A stretch of DNA of 63,344 nucleotides from a virus (Duplodnaviria; Caudoviricetes): positions 1 to 63,344 of IMG/VR virus record IMGVR_UViG_3300037200_000212. One strand, 5' to 3'. Both the position numbers and the translations under genes were made by a program. The notes below the pieces were generated by a model that saw nothing but the letters and a program-made list of their open reading frames with translations, did no database searches and was not told the origin of the DNA. Shown piece after piece: positions 40,497 through 50,501 of this stretch (positions within the stretch are counted from its first letter, which is position 1; each line of letters starts with the position of its first letter).

Positions 40497-41027
40497 TTCA
40501 TTTTTCTCCCATAATACGTATTTCCGACGTGTTTTAATGGAATGTCGATACTTAAAAACCATATGATTAGTTTCATATGAATTCTAAGTCTAAGTTTTCG
40601 TTTTGCATTATGTTGTTCTTTATTATCGGAATAACAAAAATAGAAATCCTCGGATTGAAATACATGGATCCAAAAACCAAATCCATTTCTTTCATCTTCT
40701 GGAATTCTATAAAAATTAATCATTTAAATAAGTTTCCCTTAAAATTTTCCACATTAATTCTTCTTGATAATTAATTGTCATGTAAGAGTTTGGTTTTTGC
40801 CCCATAAAAACATCAATACATCTTGTTCTCCAGAATGGTTCTTGCATAGCGTTAGTATCTATTTCTTCTATCACTAATTGTTTTTGCCATCCAATTTGAA
40901 TATTTTCGCTGTTAGTTAGTGGAATTTCTTGAACTACAATCCTATTAGTTTTTAGGACTTTTAAAATTTCAGGTTCTTTTTTAACCGGAACTTTAATTTC
41001 TTTTTTCTTCTTTTTAAACATATATAC

Positions 41028-41456
41028 TCATTTCTTCACATCACATTTTTTGCAGTAATCAAATGTTTCTTTCAAACCAAAATATGGAACGAATTCGTGG
41101 TCGCATTTATTCGATTGAAAAGGAATTCCTATCGGATCTTGTTTGAATGGATTACCGAATAAAGTCATTTGATCATCTGATTCTTTATCTTTTGACATTT
41201 CTTTTACTAATTCATCGATTTCTTCTTGCGAAAGATTGAATATTTTATCAGAGAAAATGAATTTAATATCTGTCATACTAGTTCCTTCAAAATACCCGGC
41301 TCTATCAATTTTCACAAAATCATAAATCCCACTTTGTATCAACTGAGATCTATTATAAGTGGTTTTAGTTAGTATTATTTGATTTCCGATCCATGATAAT
41401 AAATAAAGACCGGGACCAACTATAATACTTTGGGGAATAATATCTGAATTACTCAT
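41028..41456 (-). CDS. Hypothetical protein with C-terminal Zn finger
   Basis: CDHE...YCKKCD. Confidence 0.5.
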   Translation of the reverse strand: MSNSDIIPQSIIVGPGLYLLSWIGNQIILTKTTYNRSQLIQSGIYDFVKIDRAGYFEGTSMTDIKFIFSDKIFNLSQEEIDELVKEMSKDKESDDQMTLFGNPFKQDPIGIPFQSNKCDHEFVPYFGLKETFDYCKKCDVKK

Positions 41457-41696
41457 TGCTTTTCATCTCCTCTAGCATTTCTTCCATAGTTTTTATGTAG
41501 GTTTTAATGGCAAAAATGCGTTCGCCCATCATTGGATATTGTTCCATTTTAGTCATTTTTTTGTTTAATTCTTCGCCCATAATTTTAAAAGCTGCTTCAA
41601 AACCATCGATATATGAATCATAAACATAATCTTCTGCTTCTTTATCATAACATTTGTTTCTAACATGATCTTTTGCAAGTGATGATAATTTAGACA

Positions 41697-41726
41697 TTGC
41701 TTTTAAACCTCCAGGCATATTATAAT
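41697..41726 (+). promoter_or_regulatory. sigma70-type promoter for the lone + strand gene (leaderless)
   Basis: TTGCTT-N18-TATAAT, with ATG 7 nt downstream of the -10 box. Confidence 0.5.
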
Positions 41727-41732
41727 ACAATT

Positions 41733-42083
41733 ATGGACGGATTAATATCACAATTTTGCGTTTATTTCGCATTATTAAATACTAATATGAATACCGGTGC
41801 TTGTCAAGCTGCTTTAAATGCAACTTATTCGCAGACAGGCGCTAAGTCTGGTTATGATTTGATTCAAAATACTTATACTAAAAAGGGCCAGGATTTCATT
41901 AAAGATAATCTTAATGATCAATTGGTTTATGGAGCGGTTGGTTTATATGCATTAGACGATGCTTATAAAAAGAAGGAAATAAAGTTAAGCACCAAATGTA
42001 ATGTATTTTTATGTGATAGTTTGAGTATGGATTTAACTCAAACTAATCAATCTTATTCTTTAGGCTGGAAATGGAACTTTTAA
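41733..42083 (+). CDS. Lone antisense-oriented protein ending in an OMP-type beta-signal
   Basis: 116 aa; fills the gap between - strand genes; C-terminus SYSLGWKWNF. Confidence 0.6.
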   Translation: MDGLISQFCVYFALLNTNMNTGACQAALNATYSQTGAKSGYDLIQNTYTKKGQDFIKDNLNDQLVYGAVGLYALDDAYKKKEIKLSTKCNVFLCDSLSMDLTQTNQSYSLGWKWNF

Positions 42084-42385
42084 TCTTCCCAACTAATTAT
42101 TCCATATTTATGATAGTAGTATTCTTGTTTATCTGATAATTTCGAATAAGTTCTATATTCTTCACGAAAAACAGTATATCCGAGTTTCTCAAAGAAATTA
42201 TAATCTTCTTCATTTAATTTTATATAGGGGTCATCTAAAACTATATTTGTATTACCCATTGAAGATGCTCCCTTGATTCTTTCCATTATTTTTACTCTTT
42301 GATAATTTAAATCATCTGTAAAGAATTTTCTAACCAATTCTTTTGCTGTTGAAGCTTTAAACACTTTATCTAGAATACTACCCAC
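42080..42385 (-). CDS. Hypothetical protein
   Basis: GTG start with AGGAG RBS; GY.V...ISW pattern. Confidence 0.5.
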   Translation of the reverse strand: MGSILDKVFKASTAKELVRKFFTDDLNYQRVKIMERIKGASSMGNTNIVLDDPYIKLNEEDYNFFEKLGYTVFREEYRTYSKLSDKQEYYYHKYGIISWED

Positions 42386-42857
42386 AGTTACTCCTTAAAT
42401 AATTAATCGCTTGTTCGAATAAAATTAAGTTATCTTTGAAGTTACCTAAACCATAATTACAATTTTTACAAAGCAAACCACGGACTTTACCTGTTGAATG
42501 ACAATGGTCTAAAAATAAATTTCTATATCTTTTATCTCCATTGTCTTTTTCTTTGCATATTGCACAACTATACTTTTGTTGTTCAAGCATTACGTTATAT
42601 TGATCTAAAGTTATTCCATATTTTATTTTTAAATGGGAGTTATATTTTACTTCGGGCTTCTTTTCTCTATATTCTTTTTTCTTTTGTCTTATTAAATCTT
42701 TATTATATTTTCTATATTCTATTCCATATAAACGAACGCAATCTTTACAATCATTTCTTATATTACCATTACCTTTATTATGATAATTATCTAATGATTT
42801 AATTTGAAAACATTTAGAACACTTCTTATCCACAAGAACCCTTACCGGTAATATCAC
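42378..42857 (-). CDS. Endonuclease VII-like (HNH) protein; likely start GTG 42833
   Basis: YGIT..QY..M...Q...CAIC...L.LDHCH.TGKVRGLLC..CN.GLG.FKD. Confidence 0.85.
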   Translation of the reverse strand: MILPVRVLVDKKCSKCFQIKSLDNYHNKGNGNIRNDCKDCVRLYGIEYRKYNKDLIRQKKKEYREKKPEVKYNSHLKIKYGITLDQYNVMLEQQKYSCAICKEKDNGDKRYRNLFLDHCHSTGKVRGLLCKNCNYGLGNFKDNLILFEQAINYLRSNCG

Positions 42858-44466
42858 ATATGTCCACTTGTTCTTCGAAAACTTCTCCTATATGCCCAAT
42901 AGCTGTTGAGTATTTTACAGGAGTGAGTGGCTGACCATTTCTGGACCCGTCAGGGTACACAGTTAAACCCCTTAATTCTGGAAGATATTTCATCATTGTA
43001 TTCCCATACTCTCGGACTTTATTTTCGTTATTAGCTTCTGAACCCCAACGTGGTAAATTAATAGTGGAACTAATTGAATGATCAACATATTTTTGAACCC
43101 ATGCTTGAAATGCAATGCGACGATCAATATCAATGGAATATGCATCTTCGATAAGATCCGGATTAACTCCTGAATCTATTAATCTTTTCGCCGTGGGATC
43201 GATAACATATTGATAATTCCATGTATTGTGTTTGAGGTATCTTCGTTTATATGCAACACAGAATATTGGTTCGATACCGGTCGTGGTTTCTGCCAAGATT
43301 GCAATGCTACCGGTTGGAGCAATTGCTCTTGTTTTGATTGGTTTTGATAGTTCCCATTCTTTTGCATATTTGTTTGCAATGGTTCCGGACGTTTGGTAAA
43401 TTTCAAGATATTTTTCAAGCTCAGAATCTTGGCCATACTTCTTTCCATTCTTTAATAAAAATTCATGGAGTCCCATTACTCCCAACCCGAGTCGCCTATT
43501 CTTTGAACGAATTTTATCCACTTGAGAATAAGGAACATCACTATAAACAGTACCAGCGAGAAGGAATACTGTACCCAAGGTAAGTATTCGTTCCATTTCT
43601 GATAAATTTGAAATGTTTGCCAAATTAATGGAACCAAGATTGCATATATCACTATCATCTCTTGAAGTGACTTCAGTACACGCATTCCTAAGGTTTTCGC
43701 CATTATTAACTCCAGTATCAATACTAAACCCTGGTTCACCAGTCTTTAGCATTTGTCTAATTACTTCCCAATAAACACTATGGGCCATTGTATGTTGGGC
43801 ATGTTTTTCGTCATTATAAGCTTTAAAAAAGTCATCGTCAAGTATTACTGAAATATTAGTTCCATCAAGTGTTGCAGGGAAGTTAAAGTCCTTCTCTTTC
43901 ATATTTCGAACATCTTGGGACCAATCCTTTAAATGTGTAAACTTTTGCACATCCTGATGGTTCCAATGAAGTCCTGCCCAAATAGCTGAACGTCTTGAAC
44001 CGCCTTGCATAATACCACGACCAGCTTCGTTAAGCATTTGCATAAGTGCTAGAGGACCAGTAGAATGCCCTCCTGTGCGTCTTATGAGCCTTCCCTCTGC
44101 TCTTATATCACTATAAACGACTCCAATGCCAGCTCCCGTCATTAAAGCCATTGTAGACTTATGTAATAGATCTGCCCATCCTTCTCTACTATCTTCAGCT
44201 TTTAATAACAAACAATTTTGAGTTTGGTGATAATTTCGTCCGGCACTATATAAATATCTACCGCCTGGTATGAATTTTCTTTCTTTAATAGCTTCGAATA
44301 TATCCTTACAAAGTTGATCTTTCATTGAATAACCAACTGATTTCATGACATGCTTTGTTACTCGATAGCTAATATTTTCCCATGTTTCTTTGGTTCCATC
44401 TTTTAATGTATGGGAATATTTTTGTTGCATTATTGTTTCGGAAAATTTGGACATTTGTTGAGACAT
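42826..44466 (-). CDS. nrdJ: Class II (AdoCbl-dependent) ribonucleotide reductase
   Basis: PGGRYL, NCLL, TGEPG, NACTE, CNLGSINL, RRLGLG, IAPTGS, C-terminal Cys pair; no beta-subunit gene seen. Confidence 0.85.
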   Translation of the reverse strand: MSQQMSKFSETIMQQKYSHTLKDGTKETWENISYRVTKHVMKSVGYSMKDQLCKDIFEAIKERKFIPGGRYLYSAGRNYHQTQNCLLLKAEDSREGWADLLHKSTMALMTGAGIGVVYSDIRAEGRLIRRTGGHSTGPLALMQMLNEAGRGIMQGGSRRSAIWAGLHWNHQDVQKFTHLKDWSQDVRNMKEKDFNFPATLDGTNISVILDDDFFKAYNDEKHAQHTMAHSVYWEVIRQMLKTGEPGFSIDTGVNNGENLRNACTEVTSRDDSDICNLGSINLANISNLSEMERILTLGTVFLLAGTVYSDVPYSQVDKIRSKNRRLGLGVMGLHEFLLKNGKKYGQDSELEKYLEIYQTSGTIANKYAKEWELSKPIKTRAIAPTGSIAILAETTTGIEPIFCVAYKRRYLKHNTWNYQYVIDPTAKRLIDSGVNPDLIEDAYSIDIDRRIAFQAWVQKYVDHSISSTINLPRWGSEANNENKVREYGNTMMKYLPELRGLTVYPDGSRNGQPLTPVKYSTAIGHIGEVFEEQVDICDITGKGSCG

Positions 44467-45231
44467 TTTATTCCTTAAGGTTTTTTGTAAAGATCACAAA
44501 AAGTTGCATGATGCTTATTATCTTTGCCTAAGAGTGTATTTGCCCCGCATTCGCATTTCTTCTCTTCCCATTGACTTTTCTTTCTGGGACTAATTTCTTC
44601 TTTTGCACAAGCGATTGATCCGCAATTTGCGCATTCCCATACATTTCCTCTATAAACTGCTATTGGATTTTTACAGGATGCCATAATGCTTTTCTAAAGT
44701 TTGTATCATTTGTTTGGGACCAATTTGGAAGATCTTTCTTCATTATTTGAATGGTTTCGAATATATTCATATTATAATAGTGAACTTGCCCTTGATTTAC
44801 CCATTGACCACTAAATATAACAGATTCTTCCCACACATCTTGATGCATGACTCCGAAACAAACGTCCATAAAGTTTATGTGTTTAATGTATTTATTTGGA
44901 AGCATTACAATTTAATCCTTGAATCTTGCATAAATTTTGTGCAATTGCTTTGGCAGCAATATTAATTGGAACCATCACAAACTCAACAAAGAGTCCCATC
45001 AGTATAATGTTTATGACTAATGAAAGCAATAAGATTTTAAAGTTTCTCATTCAACAACCAATGCATGTTTAGTTAGTTCTGTTTGAAATTCAGGAGTTGT
45101 TTTCTTCACAGCTTCAATGACTTCTTTTTCGTGTGGAGTTCCAATGATTTCTCGGAAATTTCTCCAGAAATCATTGGGTTTAATATTTTCCTTACTAACT
45201 TCCAAGCATAATAAACACATGTAAAGTACCT

Positions 45232-45462
45232 TTATAACCTAGACCCAGACCCAGACCAACACCCAGACCCAGACCAACACCCAGACAAAGACCCAGACCT
45301 AGACAAAGACCCAGACCTAGACCAAGACCCAGACCTAGACCCAGACCCAGACAAAGACCCAGACCTAGACAAAGACCCAGACCTAGACCTAGACCTAGAC
45401 AAAGACCCAGACCTAGACCTAGACCTACATTTGTTTTTTAAACTTCGTTTTCCTTTAGTCAT
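45232..45462 (-). CDS. RS/GS-dipeptide repeat protein
   Basis: 76 aa: basic leader, then (S-X)n with X = R, G, L, W. Confidence 0.65.
   Translation of the reverse strand: MTKGKRSLKNKCRSRSRSGSLSRSRSRSGSLSRSGSLSGSGSRSGSWSRSGSLSRSGSLSGCWSGSGCWSGSGSRL
45237..45426. repeat. Hexamer tandem repeat (AGACCY/AGACAA on +; TCT-NGG/TTG codon pairs on -)
   Basis: About 30 near-perfect 6-bp units. Confidence 0.9.
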
Positions 45463-45464
45463 AA

Positions 45465-45734
45465 TTATAAATCCTTAACTTTAGAAAAACTTTCAATGGA
45501 AGAAATCATAACATAAAGTTCATTCGAAACGTATTGAGCATCTTTAAATTTATTATCGGAGAAACTTCCTGTATCATAAACTATGTGACCATTTTCAAGT
45601 TTGACAAATGAATCATTAACTCCTATTAATTTTCCAGCATAAATATAATTTAGACAAAATAAAGTCACCGTTTCTCCCATGAAATTTATTAGACCTTCTC
45701 CATCAACTTCTTCAACTTTTACTAATTTTTTCAT
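45465..45734 (-). CDS. Sm/LSm-like fold protein
   Basis: G.TVTLFCLNYIYAGKLIGVNDSFVKLEN (Sm1-like) and ELYVMISSIESF (Sm2-like). Confidence 0.5.
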   Translation of the reverse strand: MKKLVKVEEVDGEGLINFMGETVTLFCLNYIYAGKLIGVNDSFVKLENGHIVYDTGSFSDNKFKDAQYVSNELYVMISSIESFSKVKDL

Positions 45735-45922
45735 TTTATCTCCTTCAATGAATCAATCTTGTTAATTATAATATGAAACAAACCTGTTTGCAAGTATTCA
45801 AGTGGGGTACAACCTATATAATTAAAGCAAGGAGTATTAAGCCACTGTTTAATCTCTTCTTTATTCATTCCAAGATCTTTGTCTAATCTTTTAATTACTA
45901 ATTCTAATTCATTTGGATTCAT
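45731..45922 (-). CDS. Stand-alone MbcA/ParS/Xre antitoxin C-terminal-like domain
   Basis: KQWLNTPCFNYIGCTPLEYL matches the WL..P....G..PL..L pattern. Confidence 0.45.
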   Translation of the reverse strand: MNPNELELVIKRLDKDLGMNKEEIKQWLNTPCFNYIGCTPLEYLQTGLFHIIINKIDSLKEIK

Positions 45923-45923
45923 T

Positions 45924-46148
45924 TCATTCTTCCCATGAATTTTCTTCACAACAAAAAGTATTACCACCTGGTAAATCTTTGTATCTGATAGTTTCTGGTG
46001 GAAGCATCCCATTATCTTCAACGCATTTTAATGCTAAAAATGCAAGATATGAAGAGGGTGGATACAAAGTTTGACCTGTTTCAGGGTCAGTTCCTAAAGC
46101 AGAATCCATCGTATTTTCTAATTTCAATAGCATTTCATTACGTTTCAT
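45924..46148 (-). CDS. Small hypothetical protein (MKR..M...GMLPP family)
   Basis: Paralog of 38656-38883. Confidence 0.5.
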   Translation of the reverse strand: MKRNEMLLKLENTMDSALGTDPETGQTLYPPSSYLAFLALKCVEDNGMLPPETIRYKDLPGGNTFCCEENSWEE

Positions 46149-46758
46149 TTGTATCTCTTTTGCAAAAGAAGTTTAGAATATGCGCTTCCGATGTATTTTG
46201 GCTCTTTAAAAAGTCCTTTAAATACTCTAAATTCATAATAACCAATATTAAAAAGAATCGCTAGAACTATTAGACCAAGCATTCCTATAATCATGATAAA
46301 TAATTCCTCACATTAATATGTTCCAGTAAAATATAAGCATCTTCAATAGTTAAATCAAATCTGTTATGTATATTTTTAGCCATAATCCATTTGCAAGTAT
46401 CTTCAAATTGATCTAATATTTCATCCTTAAATAACTTGTTTTCATTTTCTAATAAATAGTTCAAAGTTTCAATAACTGGTGCAAGTATCGTCAAATAATA
46501 TGATTTATTGACGGCTAAATCGTTAATTATTTCATCTTTCACCGCGATAATCCAAGTCATAATAATCAAGTTCTAATTCACTATTATTCAATATTTCATC
46601 TTCAATGTTTCTAATGTCTAATGTTGTTAAAGTGGATTTAACAACGGTAGTAGTGTTGTTTATCCTAGCAATGAATTCAACATCTTGACCATCCGTTCGA
46701 CCTTCAATATCTAATAGTTGACCACTAACCGTTTCATATGTGAATTCTACATATTGGT

Positions 46759-47115
46759 TCATATGAAATCTTCTCCTTCTTCATCTTCAAATAAATCATC
46801 TTTATAGTTTTTTGCATATTCTGAACCAAAATCAGCTGTTATTAGATTTAAGTCACTAAGTTTGGTTTTTTCAAAACGAGGTCTAACTTCTGGTTGAAAT
46901 AATACGCCCATTCCTATCAATGTATTTTTAACGAGTTTTTTTGCCGCTGTTAAATCTTTTTGTTTTACTGATTCAAATAGAGTTTCGTTTTTGCTATTCA
47001 ATATCTGAACTTCCAATAATTTCTCATTAATTACAACTTTAACTAATTGACTAATAGCCACAAATTCTTTTGTGACGAGCATTCCATTTGTTTTTTCGTA
47101 TCTTATACGAGTCAT
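46759..47115 (-). CDS. Hypothetical protein
   Basis: 118 aa ORF with AGGAG RBS. Confidence 0.5.
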   Translation of the reverse strand: MTRIRYEKTNGMLVTKEFVAISQLVKVVINEKLLEVQILNSKNETLFESVKQKDLTAAKKLVKNTLIGMGVLFQPEVRPRFEKTKLSDLNLITADFGSEYAKNYKDDLFEDEEGEDFI

Positions 47116-47545
47116 ATTATTTTACTCCTTGATGCGCATTAAGAACTTCTTTCCTATCAAAGCATTTGAAAGAAGTGATATCATCTGAATATTCGGCCAC
47201 TCCTGATTTGCAGGCTCGGTTTACTGAACCAGAGTTTTGATAAAAGGTCGTGCATCCTGTGCAAGCTCCGAATATTAAAACCCAAACCAATCCTAAAAAC
47301 AATTTCATTTTGAACTCCTTTTACTTTTTAATTCAACTAACTTTTGTTCTAAATCACTAAGTCTTGCATAAATTGCTGTAACAGTCGTTCCTTCTTTATG
47401 CATAAGTTTTGGTTCAATATTTTCTAATGCATTTACTCTTTCAAACAAACATCGGAAATAATATACGAGTTCCATTGATCCAAATAGAATGACTGTTGCT
47501 AAACCTACTAAAGCACCGAATCCTATAATACTTAAAATTGGCATA

Positions 47546-47929
47546 CTAAAAATTCCTTTCATTCATTGCAAGTTTAACTTTTTTAACATATGGAAACAAT
47601 TCAGGATGTTTTACTTTCTTTGTATTTTTTATTCCATAATTATAACAAACCAACCATTCATTATTATCTTTATATTTGCACTCTTTTTTCATTTTTGCAA
47701 GATATTTGATGCCCAATTCAATATTAAGCGTTGGATCTTTTAATTGTTTTATAGAATAGTTTGGGAAGCTTTTAGGATTCAATTGGAATAGACCAACATC
47801 TCCTGTAATACCTATTACATTAGGATTAAAACCGCTTTCAACTGCTACAACGCTTAAAGCTATTTTAGGATCGATATTATACGCTAAAGAGTACATTGTT
47901 ATCATCTTTATAATCATAAGTTTTACCAT
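47546..47929 (-). CDS. Lytic transglycosylase (SLT domain)
   Basis: VESGFNP, GLFQL, NIELGIKYL, YNYG. Confidence 0.85.
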   Translation of the reverse strand: MVKLMIIKMITMYSLAYNIDPKIALSVVAVESGFNPNVIGITGDVGLFQLNPKSFPNYSIKQLKDPTLNIELGIKYLAKMKKECKYKDNNEWLVCYNYGIKNTKKVKHPELFPYVKKVKLAMNERNF

Positions 47930-47947
47930 AAATCACCTCTTGCACAT

Positions 47948-48637
47948 CTATTCGGCACTTTTATTAAGAACTTTAGGTTTATATTTTTCATCTCCTCTAT
48001 TTTGATAAAATTCGGTCAAATGTGATGGAATGTATATCCTTCGATCTTTTATAATGGCTATTACTTCGTCCTCAGATATTATTTTACCATTATGAGCGTC
48101 CCAGCTTACGTCTATTTGATTGAAATACTTAATATAACGACCATGCAAATGTCCGTGCAGAAGTATTTCACCATTATCATGTGGCTTATAATCTTTATAG
48201 CGATCATCATATTTGTTATGAATATATGGCAAATGCGACAAAAGCACTTTGGTTCCATCTTTTAAAGTAATCCAATCCAAATGGTCGCAAACATGACAAA
48301 ATCCATTCTCTAAATACTTTGTAATAAACTTCGCGGACTTTTTGTTAGCTACGAAGCATCCATCGTGATTTCCGGCCACTAGATATTTAGTTCCATTGAG
48401 TCTTGAAAGAACTCTGAATGCAACGTTAGGATTCAATGAAAAATCACCTAAAATCCAAACCGTATCTTGTTCTTTAACAGTTTTATTCCATTCTTTTATA
48501 ATGGCTTCATTCATTTCGAAAATATCTTTAAAAGGTCTTTTGCAATAGTTAATAACGTTTTTATGTGAAAAGTGCAAATCGCTTGTAAAGAATGTTTTTG
48601 ATTTTATCCTAAATTTATGTTTTAACCAAGTAATCAT
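47948..48637 (-). CDS. Calcineurin-like metallophosphoesterase
   Basis: SDLHF.H, LGDF, GNHD, SH.P, HGHLH. Confidence 0.9.
   Translation of the reverse strand: MITWLKHKFRIKSKTFFTSDLHFSHKNVINYCKRPFKDIFEMNEAIIKEWNKTVKEQDTVWILGDFSLNPNVAFRVLSRLNGTKYLVAGNHDGCFVANKKSAKFITKYLENGFCHVCDHLDWITLKDGTKVLLSHLPYIHNKYDDRYKDYKPHDNGEILLHGHLHGRYIKYFNQIDVSWDAHNGKIISEDEVIAIIKDRRIYIPSHLTEFYQNRGDEKYKPKVLNKSAE
47949..47975 (-). promoter_or_regulatory. sigma28 (FliA)-type promoter upstream of SLT
   Basis: TAAA-N15-GCCGAATA on the - strand, followed by GAGGTG RBS. Confidence 0.7.
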
Positions 48638-49602
48638 TTATTCTCCAAAAGGTGAGTTTTTATGTATTCAATTGCTTTTTGTTTTTCCTCGAATTTAGGA
48701 TTTATGTCGAAATATCCTAAAAATGATTCAACAATGCATTGAGCTTTAGTGTTGATATAGTTTGGATTTTCCTTTATTCCTATTATAATTCCAGTGTGAG
48801 TTGCATTAAACCAGTCATGACTTAACCAATTACCTTTTTCATTAGTTTGACCGTAAACAACTTTACCTTCTCGTTCTAGTTTTTTATTTGCATATTTTGC
48901 GATCATTTGTCGACATTTTTCGGCATCGTTAAGATTTAATGCAAATTCTCCTGGTTCAAAAAATTTAATGAAATTTTTCATTTATAGTCCTTTTTGTATA
49001 AATTAATGTACCAAGAAAACCAAATTCTGCATAATCGTGACCGGTTCGTTCCATTTCTAATCGCGCATATTCAATGTCTTTCATTTCTAATCCAAATGCG
49101 ATGCTATATGCTATTAGACTTCGAATATTATCAACTGTAATAACTCTTTCTTTTGATCTAATAATGAATTTATCATTATCGATTTGTTGCCAAGTAGTCA
49201 TTTATCAACCCCTAACTCTTTATCTAAAAAGTAGTCAAAAGTAGCCATTGCAAAATCATAATCCAATCCGGTTACAACTTGCGAATCATTGCTTTTGACC
49301 TTTCTAATGACTTTATAAAGGTCATTTGTCATGCTAACTACCTTAATTTCTTTGTCATTTTGAATGTAACTTTTAATTGTCATACATATTCCTTTACATC
49401 TACAAGGTTTTTGATTCTTCTTCTCATAAATAACCATTCAACATTTGAAGGTTTGGGCAAAACTTCTTTGATTTCAAATACTGTTAATATTTGCAAGTTT
49501 TGTTGCGTTTTAAAATCCGCCACATAAATGAATTCACGATCTATGTCATAAACTATCCATTGAGAGTCATTATAATCTAATGCAATATCACCTAAATTCA
49601 TG

Positions 49603-49995
49603 TTAAATTCCTTCAATTAAATAAATTAAAGCTTCAATTTGACGGTCTTGCTCGGCTTTTTTAGCAGCATTAGTAGCATTAGCAGCATAAGCAGTAGCAT
49701 AAGCAGCATAATAAGCAGCATAAGCAGCAGCATCAGCAGCATCAGCAGCATAAGCAGCATAAGCAGCATCAGCAGCATCAGCAGAAAAACTGCAATCTAA
49801 TGCGAAAATCACCTTAGTATCGTTATCCGCGAGTCTTAGAACTACCCATAGTTTGTCTTTGTGCGTGATATTATCTAAAGCCAAGAATTGTCTTAGTGTA
49901 AAGTTTCTATGCTCGTAGTAATGTTTGTAGTTATCAAACCTATCTTCACACGGATCGAGTTTAGCTATTACGTCAGTATTGATCTTGAGTTTCAT
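49603..49995 (-). CDS. Protein with Ala/Tyr/Asp low-complexity repeat
   Basis: ADAADAAYAAYAA... encoded by GCT-rich 9-bp-type repeats (about 49660-49785). Confidence 0.65.
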   Translation of the reverse strand: MKLKINTDVIAKLDPCEDRFDNYKHYYEHRNFTLRQFLALDNITHKDKLWVVLRLADNDTKVIFALDCSFSADAADAAYAAYAADAADAAAYAAYYAAYATAYAANATNAAKKAEQDRQIEALIYLIEGI

Positions 49996-50166
49996 TTCAA
50001 ACCTCCAAGTGTTTTAATATGTTTTTGAAAACACATTAAAACCGCTTCTAACTTTAGAAGTATATCTTCATCGTTTTCACCTCTTTGTTGAATTTTAATA
50101 GCATTTATGAGACTTTCAGCTTTATCTAACGATTCTTCTAATGTATAGTTCATATTCACCCCTTTG

Positions 50167-50406
50167 TTACTCACAATCCATATAATCTGGTTCATAATTC
50201 ATTACATAATGTTCTATAGCCCATTCAATACGTTTATAAAGACTTGGATTACCATCTTTAAAGTCATTTAAATGAACTTCTTTATTGCCCATCCAACATG
50301 ATGCTATTTCATATGTATCCATATCAAAGTCCACATCCATCATAACTTCATCATAACATTCTTCTTGTTCATTTAGGACATAAACCATAACTTCAACTGT
50401 GTGCAT
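50167..50406 (-). CDS. Acidic hypothetical protein
   Basis: GGAGGT RBS; first gene after a sigma54 promoter. Confidence 0.55.
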   Translation of the reverse strand: MHTVEVMVYVLNEQEECYDEVMMDVDFDMDTYEIASCWMGNKEVHLNDFKDGNPSLYKRIEWAIEHYVMNYEPDYMDCE

Positions 50407-50432
50407 ATCAACCTCCGATACATATTACTAAT

Positions 50433-50447
50433 GCATTGAGTGTGCCA
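50433..50447 (-). promoter_or_regulatory. sigma54 (-24/-12) promoter
   Basis: TGGCACACTCAATGC; IHF-like GATCAAAAGATTG at 50491-50503. Confidence 0.7.
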
Positions 50448-50501
50448 AGCTGGTTACAATTATATTTGATTTGGGGTTACAATTGGGTGACAATCTTTTG
50501 A

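Noticed and set aside
45237-45426. Hexamer repeat as a CRISPR array or telomere-like repeat
   Set aside because: No unique spacers, and the period of 6 keeps an open Ser-X frame with start and stop; it is a coding repeat
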